DNA of 64,000 nucleotides from an uncultured Bdellovibrionales bacterium (GTDB lineage Bacteria; Patescibacteriota; Minisyncoccia; Moranbacterales; UBA1568): NCBI GenBank assembly GCA_964543815.1, contig CAZIZG010000006.1, positions 3,656 to 67,655 of the forward strand, read 5' to 3'. Shown piece by piece: positions 55,051 to 64,000 of this stretch (position 1 is its first letter; each line of letters starts with the position of its first letter). The notes under the pieces were generated by a model. It saw only the letters and a program-made list of their open reading frames with translations, ran no database searches and was not told where the DNA came from. The position numbers and the translations under genes were made by a program.

Positions 55051-56592
55051 ATGAGTCTGAGGCTCAAAGTATTTTTGGTAATCGGCGCAGTTTTTTTGAC
55101 ATTCTTTTTTTTCGTCAGTCAAATTCTCTCTAAGATTATTTCTGAGGATTTTTCGGATTTGGAAAAACGTGATGCAACGGAAAACATGCTCCGCGTCACG
55201 GATGCTCTCCAGGGCAAGATTGACGATCTTACGGTGAAATTGAGTGACTGGGCCCAATGGGATGATACCTATCGATTTTTGGCTGATCACGATGAGCAGT
55301 ATGTTCAATCAAATTTGCAAAACGAAACATTTGGACTTTTGCAAATTGATATGATAGCCTTTCTCGATTTACAAGGACAGATAGTTTTTCGAAAACAAGT
55401 TGAAGATAATCAGGAGCGACCCTTCATTGAGTCTTTCGCGGCGCATTTGGTTGAGGATGTGGTAAATGGTGATATCACAACACAAGGAGCACATCAGGAG
55501 ATAGTCGCGCTTCCGGAGGGTGCTATTTTGTATGTGGCGAGACCGGTTACTTCGAGTGACGGCACTGCGCCCGCAAAAGGATATGTTGTCTTTGGTCATT
55601 TCTTCGATCAGGAAAATATCAAGGGACTATCACAGGTGACTCATTTGATGGTTCGGTCAGTTACGTATGATGAGGCGGTACAGGACACTGACTTTTTAAT
55701 GGCACGGAATAATGTTACTAAGGAACAACCGTTGTATATCGCTGATCCAGGTGATTCGCGGGAGCTATCTGCCTATTATCTCGTGAGTGACGCTGAGGAC
55801 TCTCCTGTGTTAATTCTTCGGGTCACTATGGAGAGAGATATCTTCGGCAAGGGCCAGACGGGCATCAAGCTATTTAACCGATCGCTCGCGTTCAGTATGA
55901 TTGTTTGTGTCATCCTGGTTTTTTTTCTCTTGAATCGGCTCGTGCTCCGTAAACTCATGCGTCTGAGAACTCAGGTAGAAAGAGTGAGGGAAAGTGGCGA
56001 TGTGGGGCATTTGATTACACTTCCTGGTAATGATGAATTTTCGACTCTGGCCGATAGAATCAATGATATGCTTCAATCACTTCACGATGTTGAAGTGAAG
56101 CGCAAAGAAAGCGAGAAGCGATTTCGGACAGTGGCCGATTCCGCGCCGGTTATGATTTGGATGTCTGATACGGACAAACAGTGCACCTATGTTAATAAGG
56201 TTTGGCTTGATTATACCGGTAGGCCATTGACGGAAGAACTGGGGCAGGGTTGGAAGGCTGATGTTCACCCTGATGATGTAGCAATGACTGATGCCGCTTA
56301 TGAAAAAGCCTTTGTTGAGCAGCAGTCGTTCAATGTGGAATATCGACTAAGAAGAAAGGATGGTTCGTTTGGTTGGGTTTTTTCCCGGGCGGTGCCGCAC
56401 TTGTCAGCAGAGGGGGTATTCTTGGGTTATATTGGATCCTGTGTTGATATTAATGAGCGTAAAGAAGCTGAAAATCAAAAAGAGGGGTATATTGTGGAGA
56501 TAGAAAAAATGAACCGCATTATGGTGGAGCGAGAACTTAAGATGATAGAACTTAAGGAGCGTATTAAGAAATTAGAAAACCGTGGTGAGTAA
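55051..56592 (+). CDS. Membrane sensor module (periplasmic domain, TM, HAMP, PAS) lacking a kinase core; probably the N-terminal part of a split sensor histidine kinase
   Basis: Two TM segments bracketing a ~250-aa extracytoplasmic domain; HAMP-like RLRTQVERVRESGDVGHL...; PAS (VMIWMSDTDKQCTYVN...DVHPDD); coiled-coil tail. Stop overlaps the next ORF start (GTGGTGAGTAA). Confidence 0.65.
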   Translation: MSLRLKVFLVIGAVFLTFFFFVSQILSKIISEDFSDLEKRDATENMLRVTDALQGKIDDLTVKLSDWAQWDDTYRFLADHDEQYVQSNLQNETFGLLQIDMIAFLDLQGQIVFRKQVEDNQERPFIESFAAHLVEDVVNGDITTQGAHQEIVALPEGAILYVARPVTSSDGTAPAKGYVVFGHFFDQENIKGLSQVTHLMVRSVTYDEAVQDTDFLMARNNVTKEQPLYIADPGDSRELSAYYLVSDAEDSPVLILRVTMERDIFGKGQTGIKLFNRSLAFSMIVCVILVFFLLNRLVLRKLMRLRTQVERVRESGDVGHLITLPGNDEFSTLADRINDMLQSLHDVEVKRKESEKRFRTVADSAPVMIWMSDTDKQCTYVNKVWLDYTGRPLTEELGQGWKADVHPDDVAMTDAAYEKAFVEQQSFNVEYRLRRKDGSFGWVFSRAVPHLSAEGVFLGYIGSCVDINERKEAENQKEGYIVEIEKMNRIMVERELKMIELKERIKKLENRGE

Positions 56593-58288
56593 AGAGCTTC
56601 CCAATTCTTTTGTTGCTGAAACGGAAGAGACAGCTTCTGATTTTTTTCCGAATGTTGGCCTAGAACGAGAAAGCCTTCAAGAACGTAATAGATTTTTGGA
56701 GGACACGAGGCGGGCCATTTTTAATGTCCTCGAGGATGTAACCGACTCCGAGAAAGAACTGGAACAGAAAACTGAGGAGCTTGAGAAGTTTCGTCAAGCA
56801 GTTGATGCGAGTTTTGATCATGTTGTTATTAGCGACATAAATGGTCGTATCCTGTACGCGAATCGGGCTGCAGAAATTTTGACTGGCTATTCTCGACAGG
56901 AAATATTAGGAAATACCCCAGCGCTGTGGGGGAGGCAGATGCCAAGAGAATTTTATGAAACCATGTGGCATACCATTAAGACAGAGAAGAGCGGATATGC
57001 TGGTGAGCTAACGAATCGTCATAAAAATGGCACCAAATATCTCTCGAGTCTTCGTATCACGCCTATCCTTGACGAAAAGAACGAGATTAAATTTTTTGTT
57101 GGTATAGAAAGGGACATTACTGAAGAACGGAAGTCACAGCTGAAGATTGTGCGTCACGCTGCTGAACTAGAAAGAGTTAATACTCGCATTGCTGAAGAAA
57201 AGGAGCGAACAGAAAGTATCTTACGGTTTCTTCGATCAATTGGTGAGGGGGTATTTGCAACGGACAATGAACAGAAAATTATATTCATGAACGAGGCATC
57301 AGAGCTCATGATTGGACAATCGATAGTCGAGTGTCAGAATCAGCGCTATGATAGCAAAGTTTCTTTTGTTCATAAGGGCCATGATGAGTCAGGGTTACTG
57401 AATATAGTAGCCATGACACTGAAAGAACGTCGGACAATATCGTTCCCTCAAAACTCTTTTTTGGTACGGGAAGGCAAGGAGGTTCCTATATCAGGTACTT
57501 GCTCCCTTATTCGAGATGAAAATCAGAATATCATGGGTACCATCACTGTTTTTCAGGATATTACCAAAAAACATGAATTGGACCAGATGAAAGATAGTTT
57601 TCTTTCGGTAGCAGCCCATCAGCTTCGAACGCCACTTGGGAGTATGCGCTGGAATATGGAACTCCTTCTCGGTGGAGATCTTGGGCGCCTCCCGAAGGTG
57701 GCCAAGGAAGCTGTGACACAGATTTATGAAAATAGTCAACGTATGATTATTCTGGTAAATGACCTTTTAAACGTTGCTCGTATTGATCAGCACAAGGGCA
57801 AAGAGGATGCACGACTCGTTGATCTTGGGGGTATGCTTGATGATGTTATGAGGGGTATGTATCCGGAGAGTAGACGGCGAGGAGTTAGTTTGACGTTTGA
57901 GGGCATCAGGCATACTTTACCGACTGTATTGATACCACCCAAGCATTTTTACGAGGCTTTTCAGAATTTAATTTCTAATGCCCTGAAGTATAACCATAAG
58001 GGTGGGTCAGTACGAATTAAGCTATTACATCATAAAGAATCACTCGAAGTACAAATTACCGATACGGGTATTGGAATTCCCAAAGAAGATCAATCGAAGA
58101 TATTTTCCAAATTTTTTCGAGCAGGAAATGCTGTTCTCAAGGAAACAGAAGGTAGCGGACTCGGGCTTTCCGTGGTAAAATCTTACTTGGAAGAAGCGGG
58201 TGCCACCGTCCGTTTTGAAAGCATGGAAGGTGAGGGCACAACTTTTTTTGTTGTGGTTCCATTGCCGCATGTATCATCTCAATCTTAG
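56582..58288 (+). CDS. PAS-PAS histidine kinase (HisKA plus HATPase_c), cytoplasmic part
   Basis: No ATG. Begins at GTG overlapping the upstream stop. H-box SFLSVAAHQLRTPL, N/G boxes (ISNALKYN, DTGIGIP, GSGLGLS). Coiled-coil N-terminus continuous in style with the upstream ORF tail. Confidence 0.7.
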   Translation: MVSKELPNSFVAETEETASDFFPNVGLERESLQERNRFLEDTRRAIFNVLEDVTDSEKELEQKTEELEKFRQAVDASFDHVVISDINGRILYANRAAEILTGYSRQEILGNTPALWGRQMPREFYETMWHTIKTEKSGYAGELTNRHKNGTKYLSSLRITPILDEKNEIKFFVGIERDITEERKSQLKIVRHAAELERVNTRIAEEKERTESILRFLRSIGEGVFATDNEQKIIFMNEASELMIGQSIVECQNQRYDSKVSFVHKGHDESGLLNIVAMTLKERRTISFPQNSFLVREGKEVPISGTCSLIRDENQNIMGTITVFQDITKKHELDQMKDSFLSVAAHQLRTPLGSMRWNMELLLGGDLGRLPKVAKEAVTQIYENSQRMIILVNDLLNVARIDQHKGKEDARLVDLGGMLDDVMRGMYPESRRRGVSLTFEGIRHTLPTVLIPPKHFYEAFQNLISNALKYNHKGGSVRIKLLHHKESLEVQITDTGIGIPKEDQSKIFSKFFRAGNAVLKETEGSGLGLSVVKSYLEEAGATVRFESMEGEGTTFFVVVPLPHVSSQS

Positions 58289-58310
58289 ATATATCACATG
58301 ACATACGCAT

Positions 58311-58688
58311 ATGAGCGAAGCAAAGTATGTGCTCGTAGTTGAGGATGACCCGTTTTATTCGAAAATTTACAAGACAAAATTGGCCAAGGAGCATATATTG
58401 TCTGAGATTGTTGGCAATGGAGATGATGCTCTCAAATTATCTCGTGAGCGTCGTCCAAGCCTCATTCTGCTTGATCTTATTATGCCAGGGAAGGATGGTT
58501 TTGAAACACTAGCCGAAATGAAGGCGGATGCTATTCTCAGGGAGGTGCCAGTGATAGTGCTATCTAACTTGAGTCAGGAAGAGGATATTAAGCGGATTAT
58601 GGAACTTGGAGCGCAAGAGTATCTCGTTAAAGCTAATGTTCCTATCCAAGAGGTGATAGACAAAGTGAAACATAATCTGGGACTCTAG
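58311..58688 (+). CDS. Single-domain response regulator (CheY-like receiver)
   Basis: VLVVEDDPFY...ILLDLIMPGKDGFETL receiver motifs (Asp pocket, phospho-acceptor D in LLDL, K near the C-terminus). Confidence 0.85.
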   Translation: MSEAKYVLVVEDDPFYSKIYKTKLAKEHILSEIVGNGDDALKLSRERRPSLILLDLIMPGKDGFETLAEMKADAILREVPVIVLSNLSQEEDIKRIMELGAQEYLVKANVPIQEVIDKVKHNLGL

Positions 58689-58695
58689 GTTTCTT

Positions 58696-60393
58696 ATGGG
58701 TGATATTTTGACTCATGATGCTTTAAAAGCGCTATTGCTTGAGTCTGGAGTTGTGGAAGCGCGGGATTTGGAGTTGGCTGAAGAACGCTTGAAGAGTGAA
58801 GGGGGGACGTTTGTTCAGGCACTTTCGTGGTACAATCTGGTTTCTGAGGAGGAGCTTGGAAAATTAATGGCAGATGCTTTGCATGTGCCATTTGTTGTAC
58901 TTGGGGAGCGGGTTATTGATCCCGAGGTTCTTGCGATAGTGCCTGAAATAGTAGCGCGAAAAAAGCGACTCGTTGTTTTTATGCGCGATGTGGAACATAT
59001 TCATGTGGCTATGGTCAACCCACATGATGTGGAGATGGTGAGTTTTTTAGAAAAAAAGACAGGGCTGACCGTCAAGGTGTATTTGGCTATGGAGCGGGAT
59101 ATGGAAAATGCCCTAACACGGTATCGTCAGGGAATGGCAGAGGCCTTCGATGAGATAATTTTTTCTGATATAGAGAAAGTCAGCAAAGAAAGTGGTGATA
59201 CGGATCCGCCAATTATTCGAATTGTTGATACGCTTCTTTCGTATGCCTACCAGAATCGGGCCTCGGACGTTCATCTGGAGCCACGAGAGAGGGATATGCT
59301 GGTTCGTTTTCGGATTGATGGCGTGCTTCATGATATCGTCAAACTTCCCCTAGTCCTTCATCCGCAGATTATTTCTCGCATCAAAGTATTGGCCAAGCTT
59401 CGGATCGATGAGCATCAAACTCCTCAGGATGGCAAAGTAAATTTTTCATCCGACACTGAAAAAGAGATTGACGTCCGTGTTTCTATAATCCCAACTACCG
59501 AGGGTGAAAAAGTCGTTCTCCGCCTTCTTTCGGAGCGTTCTCGGCAGTTCTCTCTTACCAACCTTGGATTTTCAGAAGAAGCGCTGGCTTTGGTAAAAGA
59601 AGCCTATCAAAAGCCCTACGGCCTTATACTTGTGACGGGACCAACAGGATGCGGAAAAACAACCACGTTGTATTCAATTTTAAAGCTATTAAATCGTCGT
59701 CACGTTAATATTGTGACGATTGAAGATCCGGTAGAGTATGATATGGAGGGGGTGAATCAGATTCAAGTCAATCCCGATGCTCATTTAACTTTTGCGACTG
59801 GATTGCGGAGCATTTTGCGCCAGGACCCAAACGTTATTTTGGTGGGTGAAATCCGAGATGATGAGACAGCGGATATCGCTATCAACTTAGCTATGACCGG
59901 TCATCTCGTTCTTTCGACGCTTCATACTAATAATGCTGCCACAGCTATCCCACGTCTCATTGACATGAATATAGAGCCATTTTTAATCGCTTCGACCCTC
60001 AATGTTATTGTGGCTGAGCGGCTGGTTCGGAAAATTCATTCTGCCTGTCGTATGAGTATAGAGGTACCAGGAAAAGAGGTGGAGCGTCAGGTCGGCAAGG
60101 AGTTATTTGTAAAAATCTTCGGTGAATCGGAACCAGAAAAAATGATTCGTTTGTATCGAGGTAAGGGTTGTCCTGGGTGTCACGAGACTGGGTACGAAGG
60201 TCGGAGTGGCATCTTTGAAGTTTTAGTATTAAATGATGAGCTACGTAAAGCGATTACCGATCGTCGTGATGCGGGTAGTATCGAGTCATTGGCTGTCAAA
60301 GAAGGAATGCAAACTTTGCTTGAAGACGGTCTTATCAAGATGCAGGAGGGACTAACAACGCTTGATGAAATTCTTCGAGTGACTAAGGAGTAG
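58696..60393 (+). CDS. pilB: Type IV pilus assembly ATPase PilB / GspE family
   Basis: GSPII_E_N-like N-terminus; Walker A GPTGCGKTTTLY; Asp box VILVGEIRD; His box LSTLH; tetracysteine (C..C...CPGC). Confidence 0.9.
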   Translation: MGDILTHDALKALLLESGVVEARDLELAEERLKSEGGTFVQALSWYNLVSEEELGKLMADALHVPFVVLGERVIDPEVLAIVPEIVARKKRLVVFMRDVEHIHVAMVNPHDVEMVSFLEKKTGLTVKVYLAMERDMENALTRYRQGMAEAFDEIIFSDIEKVSKESGDTDPPIIRIVDTLLSYAYQNRASDVHLEPRERDMLVRFRIDGVLHDIVKLPLVLHPQIISRIKVLAKLRIDEHQTPQDGKVNFSSDTEKEIDVRVSIIPTTEGEKVVLRLLSERSRQFSLTNLGFSEEALALVKEAYQKPYGLILVTGPTGCGKTTTLYSILKLLNRRHVNIVTIEDPVEYDMEGVNQIQVNPDAHLTFATGLRSILRQDPNVILVGEIRDDETADIAINLAMTGHLVLSTLHTNNAATAIPRLIDMNIEPFLIASTLNVIVAERLVRKIHSACRMSIEVPGKEVERQVGKELFVKIFGESEPEKMIRLYRGKGCPGCHETGYEGRSGIFEVLVLNDELRKAITDRRDAGSIESLAVKEGMQTLLEDGLIKMQEGLTTLDEILRVTKE

Positions 60394-60401
60394 TAAATTA
60401 T

Positions 60402-61445
60402 ATGATTTCTTACATCGAGCGACTCATATTTACACGCGAATTGGCAGTACTTTTGAAGAGTGGTATTTCTCTTGGAGAAGCTCTTGAATCATTGCAGGAA
60501 AAAGCAGGGAGGAAAGAAACTCGACACGTTATAGGTACTCTTCTTTCTGATGTGCAAAATGGCCAACCGCTTTCTTCTGGGTTAGCACGTTTTCCAAAAA
60601 TATTTACGAGCTTAGCAGTGAATCTCGTGAGAATAGGCGAGGCATCCGGTACGTTGCAAAAAAATATGGAGTTCTTAGCAGAACAACAGGAACGTGCCTA
60701 TGCTCTTCGTAAAAAAATTCAAGGAATAGTTCTTTATCCAATGATTGTGCTCAGCATGGCCCTGCTTCTCTCGGCTTTTATCAGTGTTTTTATTTTACCG
60801 AAGCTCATTCGGCTTTTTGATTCATTTCAGGTTACGCTTCCATGGACGACGCGTGTTTTGCTTGCCATTTCCCATTTCATGCAAAACTATGGTTTGGAAT
60901 TTTTCATAAGTCTCTTTTTAGGAGTAGGGCTATTACGAATTATGGTCGCACTGGCGGCTGTTCGTCCCTACTGGCATATGTTCCTCTTCCGTTTGCCTAT
61001 TACTGGGGAGTTATCTCGAAATATCGCCACGGCGCATTTTTGTCGTGACGTCGGTACGATGCTTCAGAGTGGTTTGCCAGTATTGGAAGCCCTACAAATT
61101 GAGGTGAGCGTGATAGAAAATCAGGCGTTTTCGAGACGGGTCGCGATGTTGGCTCAGGCGGTGGCGGAAGGACGAACACTTTCTGATGAATTACATAAAA
61201 AATCACACGATATTTTTCCTTTGATTGCTATTAAAATGATTGCATCTGGAGAAAAAACCGGACGATTAGACGAGACACTCCTGTATCTTGAGAGATTTTT
61301 TGAAACAGAAGTTGATCGTAAGATAAAAAACATGGCCGTATTGTTTGAGCCTATCCTTCTACTCGTTATCGGATCCCTCGTGGTATTTCTGGCTCTAGCT
61401 ATATTGACACCAATTTATTCATTGACTGGATCAATTCGACGATAA
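60402..61445 (+). CDS. pilC: Type IV pilus / T2SS platform protein PilC / GspF family
   Basis: 347 aa. Two T2SSF-like repeats with 3 TM helices. Immediately after pilB. Confidence 0.8.
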   Translation: MISYIERLIFTRELAVLLKSGISLGEALESLQEKAGRKETRHVIGTLLSDVQNGQPLSSGLARFPKIFTSLAVNLVRIGEASGTLQKNMEFLAEQQERAYALRKKIQGIVLYPMIVLSMALLLSAFISVFILPKLIRLFDSFQVTLPWTTRVLLAISHFMQNYGLEFFISLFLGVGLLRIMVALAAVRPYWHMFLFRLPITGELSRNIATAHFCRDVGTMLQSGLPVLEALQIEVSVIENQAFSRRVAMLAQAVAEGRTLSDELHKKSHDIFPLIAIKMIASGEKTGRLDETLLYLERFFETEVDRKIKNMAVLFEPILLLVIGSLVVFLALAILTPIYSLTGSIRR

Positions 61446-61451
61446 GAGTGT

Positions 61452-61907
61452 ATGCTGCATATTTTAGAGAAGCGTGTTTTGGGGGCAACACTCATTGAGG
61501 TCATGGTGTCAATGGCTTTATTTTCAGCTATTGTGCTCTACACGACACCATTTTATGGTCGTTTTCTTTTTTTGCAGGAAGTTTCGTTGGTTCAAGATGC
61601 TTTAGAGAGCAGTATAGCTAAGGCACAGCTTTACAGTATGGAGGGAAGATATGGTGATGAGTGGAGTATTATTGAAGATAATCATCAACTGGTTTTATTT
61701 CGTGGTGGGGATTATGAACAAAGAAACCGAGATTTTGATGAGCTATCAATTTCTTTTCCATCGGTTGCTCTCAATGGATTAGAGGCGCCAATTTTCTTTT
61801 CTCGAGTAAGTGGTGAAGCAAAAAGAGAAGCAGATATTACTCTGACGGGAAGTGGATTATCCGTGAGACTTCATGTTAATCATCTCGGTATTTTGAATCA
61901 GGAGTAG
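61452..61907 (+). CDS. Prepilin-type pseudopilin (class III signal peptide)
   Basis: LG|ATLIEVMVSMALFSAIVL prepilin cleavage-like motif with Glu at +5. Confidence 0.65.
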   Translation: MLHILEKRVLGATLIEVMVSMALFSAIVLYTTPFYGRFLFLQEVSLVQDALESSIAKAQLYSMEGRYGDEWSIIEDNHQLVLFRGGDYEQRNRDFDELSISFPSVALNGLEAPIFFSRVSGEAKREADITLTGSGLSVRLHVNHLGILNQE

Positions 61908-61926
61908 TCCTGCCTTCTCTTAGAAT

Positions 61927-62406
61927 ATGAAATTACCCATTGTTTCTGGATTTTCACTGGTAGAGCTCATGTTTTCTGGGGCCTTGTTCTGTGTTTTTTC
62001 CTGGGGGATGATGATGGTGCTCCTTGACGGGCTTGATATTAATCGTCAAGGAGAGGAAATGATGGTTGCTACGGCCTATGCTACCGAGGCACTTGAGGCA
62101 TTACGATCGATTCGTACAGCACGTTTCGATGATTTGGAAGAAATTAATACTACGGGTATAGAAAAACGTTCAGGGGAGTGGTACTTGAAAGGATTGGATA
62201 CGCAAGATGAATTTGGTAAATTTAAGCGTGTTATCCGGATTGAAAATGCCCGGCGTGATGCAGATGGGCGAATCAGTGAATCGGGTGATGCGGTTGATAG
62301 TGAGACTAAAAAGATTATCGTGACCGTTTCGTATATGATTTCAGCGATGCACCAGGACTCGGTCGTTCTGGCTACGTATGTGACTCGTCTCAGTTCAATG
62401 CCATGA
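61927..62406 (+). CDS. Prepilin-type pseudopilin
   Basis: SG|FSLVELMFSGALFCV N-terminal motif. Confidence 0.65.
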   Translation: MKLPIVSGFSLVELMFSGALFCVFSWGMMMVLLDGLDINRQGEEMMVATAYATEALEALRSIRTARFDDLEEINTTGIEKRSGEWYLKGLDTQDEFGKFKRVIRIENARRDADGRISESGDAVDSETKKIIVTVSYMISAMHQDSVVLATYVTRLSSMP

Positions 62407-62924
62407 AGCGAACATTGCGTGGATCAAGTTATTTTGAGGTTATCCTCTATCTGGGTCTATTTTCTTTGATGGCCACGGCCTTGTTTGAGTATTCTTGGGA
62501 TGTTATTGACCTGAGTGTTAAGAATCGGACAGAACGACGGGTATTTTCTGATGCTCGTGTTCTCTCGGAGCGTCTCAATACCATCATCCGGAATGCTTCT
62601 CGTATTGATGCGACGGATTCTCGATTTGAGAGTGAGAATGGAAAATTAGTATTAGAAGATGGTTCGGGTGAGCGATTACAGATTACGATTGAAAATGGCA
62701 TGTTGATTCTTAGCCGCGATGGTATGCAATCTACGCTTCATTCAAATCAGACTCGAGTGACGTTTTTTGAACTTTCTTCTACTGGTCAGGCGACAGATCA
62801 CTCAGAGGCAATCAGCTATAGTTTTGGTTTGGATTCGAATGAAAATGATGCGGTATCTGATGTATTATATACTACTCCAGTTGTTCTTCGGTCCGGAGGG
62901 TTTATTCGTAAGAGTGGGCTGTGA
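62403..62924 (+). CDS. Prepilin-type pseudopilin
   Basis: RG|SSYFEVILYLGLFSLMA N-terminal motif; 4-nt overlap with the preceding pilin. Confidence 0.6.
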   Translation: MKRTLRGSSYFEVILYLGLFSLMATALFEYSWDVIDLSVKNRTERRVFSDARVLSERLNTIIRNASRIDATDSRFESENGKLVLEDGSGERLQITIENGMLILSRDGMQSTLHSNQTRVTFFELSSTGQATDHSEAISYSFGLDSNENDAVSDVLYTTPVVLRSGGFIRKSGL

Positions 62925-62928
62925 ATGT

Positions 62929-63306
62929 ATGTTGCAACCAAAAGGATATATAGCCTTGTTGACGGTACTGGCGTTGCTTGTTCTGTCTTTATCGTTTTCA
63001 GTAGTGGTTACTTATACCTCTGTTGATCAGTTGCAGTCATCACTCTCGGTAGTGCATGGTGCTCGGGCTCTTGCTTTAGCGGAGGGGTGCGTGGAGGATG
63101 CTCTCCTTCAGAGGTGGCGGGATACGAATTATGAAGGGGGGGATTATGAGTATCTTGATGGACGCTGTCATGTTGTAGTGGAGGAACAGGGGACTACTTT
63201 GGAATTTATTAGCATGGGTAGAGTTGATGTATTTGAACGTACGGTGCGTGTTCGCCTGGATCAATCCGTAACCCCGCCAGCAATTTTGAGCTGGCTTGAA
63301 CCCTAA
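62929..63306 (+). CDS. Prepilin-like minor pilin (start reassigned to in-frame ATG at 62929)
   Basis: MLQPKG|YIALLTVLALLVLSL hydrophobic N-terminus. The ORF-track start at 62767 would overlap the upstream pilin by ~160 nt. Confidence 0.5.
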   Translation: MLQPKGYIALLTVLALLVLSLSFSVVVTYTSVDQLQSSLSVVHGARALALAEGCVEDALLQRWRDTNYEGGDYEYLDGRCHVVVEEQGTTLEFISMGRVDVFERTVRVRLDQSVTPPAILSWLEP

Positions 63307-63318
63307 AAAGCGTCTACA

Positions 63319-64000
63319 ATGAAAAAAAGATACTCTATTTATTCTATGTTCTCAAAACGTCGACCAGTACTCTTTATTAGTAAAAATTATATTGAGACTG
63401 GTTGGGTCACTCTTTCGAAGGAACTCCTTTTTGAGGGCGATGAGACTAGGACGTACTCTCTTGATACGCTGCCTGAGCATCTGAGACGTATTCAAGCGAG
63501 TACACGAGAATCATTGCGTATTGTTCTCTCAGAAGAGCTGGTCTATGTAACGACCCTTTCTTTTCCTTCAAGTGTTCGTATAAATCGGAAGCGTGTCGAA
63601 GAATTGGCCGAGACCTCCATACCAGAAAATCTTCAGCAGACTTTGTGGGATTTTCGAACCATGCGATACAAAGAGCACTCTAAACGAGCGGGAGAAATCC
63701 TTGTGCAAGTAGCAGTAATTGAGCAGGGTTTTGCTAGGGTGCTTGATCATGCTATTCAGTCAGGGATGTGCCAGGTTGATGCCGTCCTTCCGGAATCCTC
63801 TATTTTGGCTTTATTCGAAGAGTCATATGATGGGATGACGCTTATTGTAGCGGAAGATCGCGAGAGTACGGTTATAGTGGGGGTTTCTTGTGGATTAGTT
63901 ATGGGGACAGTAGTCAAGCAGGGTGTGCTTGTTGAGAGCACTGCGATTGAGAGCGCTGTGCATTTTCTCGAAGATATTAGTAGTGAACGTATCTCTCGTA
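63319..64000 (+). CDS. PilM-like type IV pilus assembly protein (5' partial, runs off the window)
   Basis: Open frame from the ATG at 63319 to the window end. N-terminus MFSKRRPVLFISKNYIE resembles the PilM N-terminus (FSKKKPLLGIDIG...). Not in the ORF track because no stop lies within the window. Confidence 0.45.
   Translation, partial: MKKRYSIYSMFSKRRPVLFISKNYIETGWVTLSKELLFEGDETRTYSLDTLPEHLRRIQASTRESLRIVLSEELVYVTTLSFPSSVRINRKRVEELAETSIPENLQQTLWDFRTMRYKEHSKRAGEILVQVAVIEQGFARVLDHAIQSGMCQVDAVLPESSILALFEESYDGMTLIVAEDRESTVIVGVSCGLVMGTVVKQGVLVESTAIESAVHFLEDISSERISR

Noticed and set aside
1-64000. CRISPR arrays, rRNA genes, integrases/transposases, UGA recoding
   Set aside because: No spacer-repeat periodicity and no rRNA-like conserved blocks were found. 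No tyrosine/serine recombinase or DDE motifs were seen in any ORF. Multiple genes end in TGA with normal lengths (e.g. holA), so the standard code 11 applies.

Overview
The window is a low-GC (~42%), compact bacterial chromosomal segment whose gene content and organisation resemble CPR/Patescibacteria-like or other streamlined genomes; this assignment is inference. It uses the standard genetic code, since genes end at TGA. It spans the replication-origin neighbourhood: rpmH-rnpA-yidC-jag on the minus strand, then dnaA-dnaN-dciA-like on the plus strand, with DnaA-box clusters in both flanking intergenic regions. Housekeeping genes include nrdAB, SOD, class A PBP, ruvC/yebC/ruvB/ruvA (dispersed), tsaE, polA, mutM, holA, rpsT, FemAB plus a Mur ligase, LemA-HtpX, pyruvate kinase, malic enzyme, mscL and one tRNA-Ser(GGA). 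There is an O-antigen/polysaccharide cluster (two Wzy-like ligases, two GT2, a Wzx flippase). A type IV pilus locus runs from a PAS sensor kinase and response regulator through PilB, PilC, four pseudopilins and a partial PilM-like gene. Non-routine items, in descending order of interest: (1) three tandem ATP-grasp amidoligase genes, one fused to a retropepsin-like domain, next to a 7TM protein; (2) a 1008-aa covalently duplicated PilB/GspE ATPase; (3) a GC-rich (~55-60%) islet encoding a secreted M23 peptidase-CARDB protein and a small Cys-pair secreted protein; (4) a second GC-rich lipoprotein islet; (5) a ~235-nt candidate structured ncRNA with a consensus sigma70 promoter and an intrinsic terminator; (6) a tRNA-Ser whose 3' end is duplicated ~100 nt downstream, next to an orphan barstar-like gene and a redox/stress gene set; (7) a sensor kinase split or frameshifted across a stop/start overlap. 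No CRISPR array, rRNA, integrase or transposase was seen.
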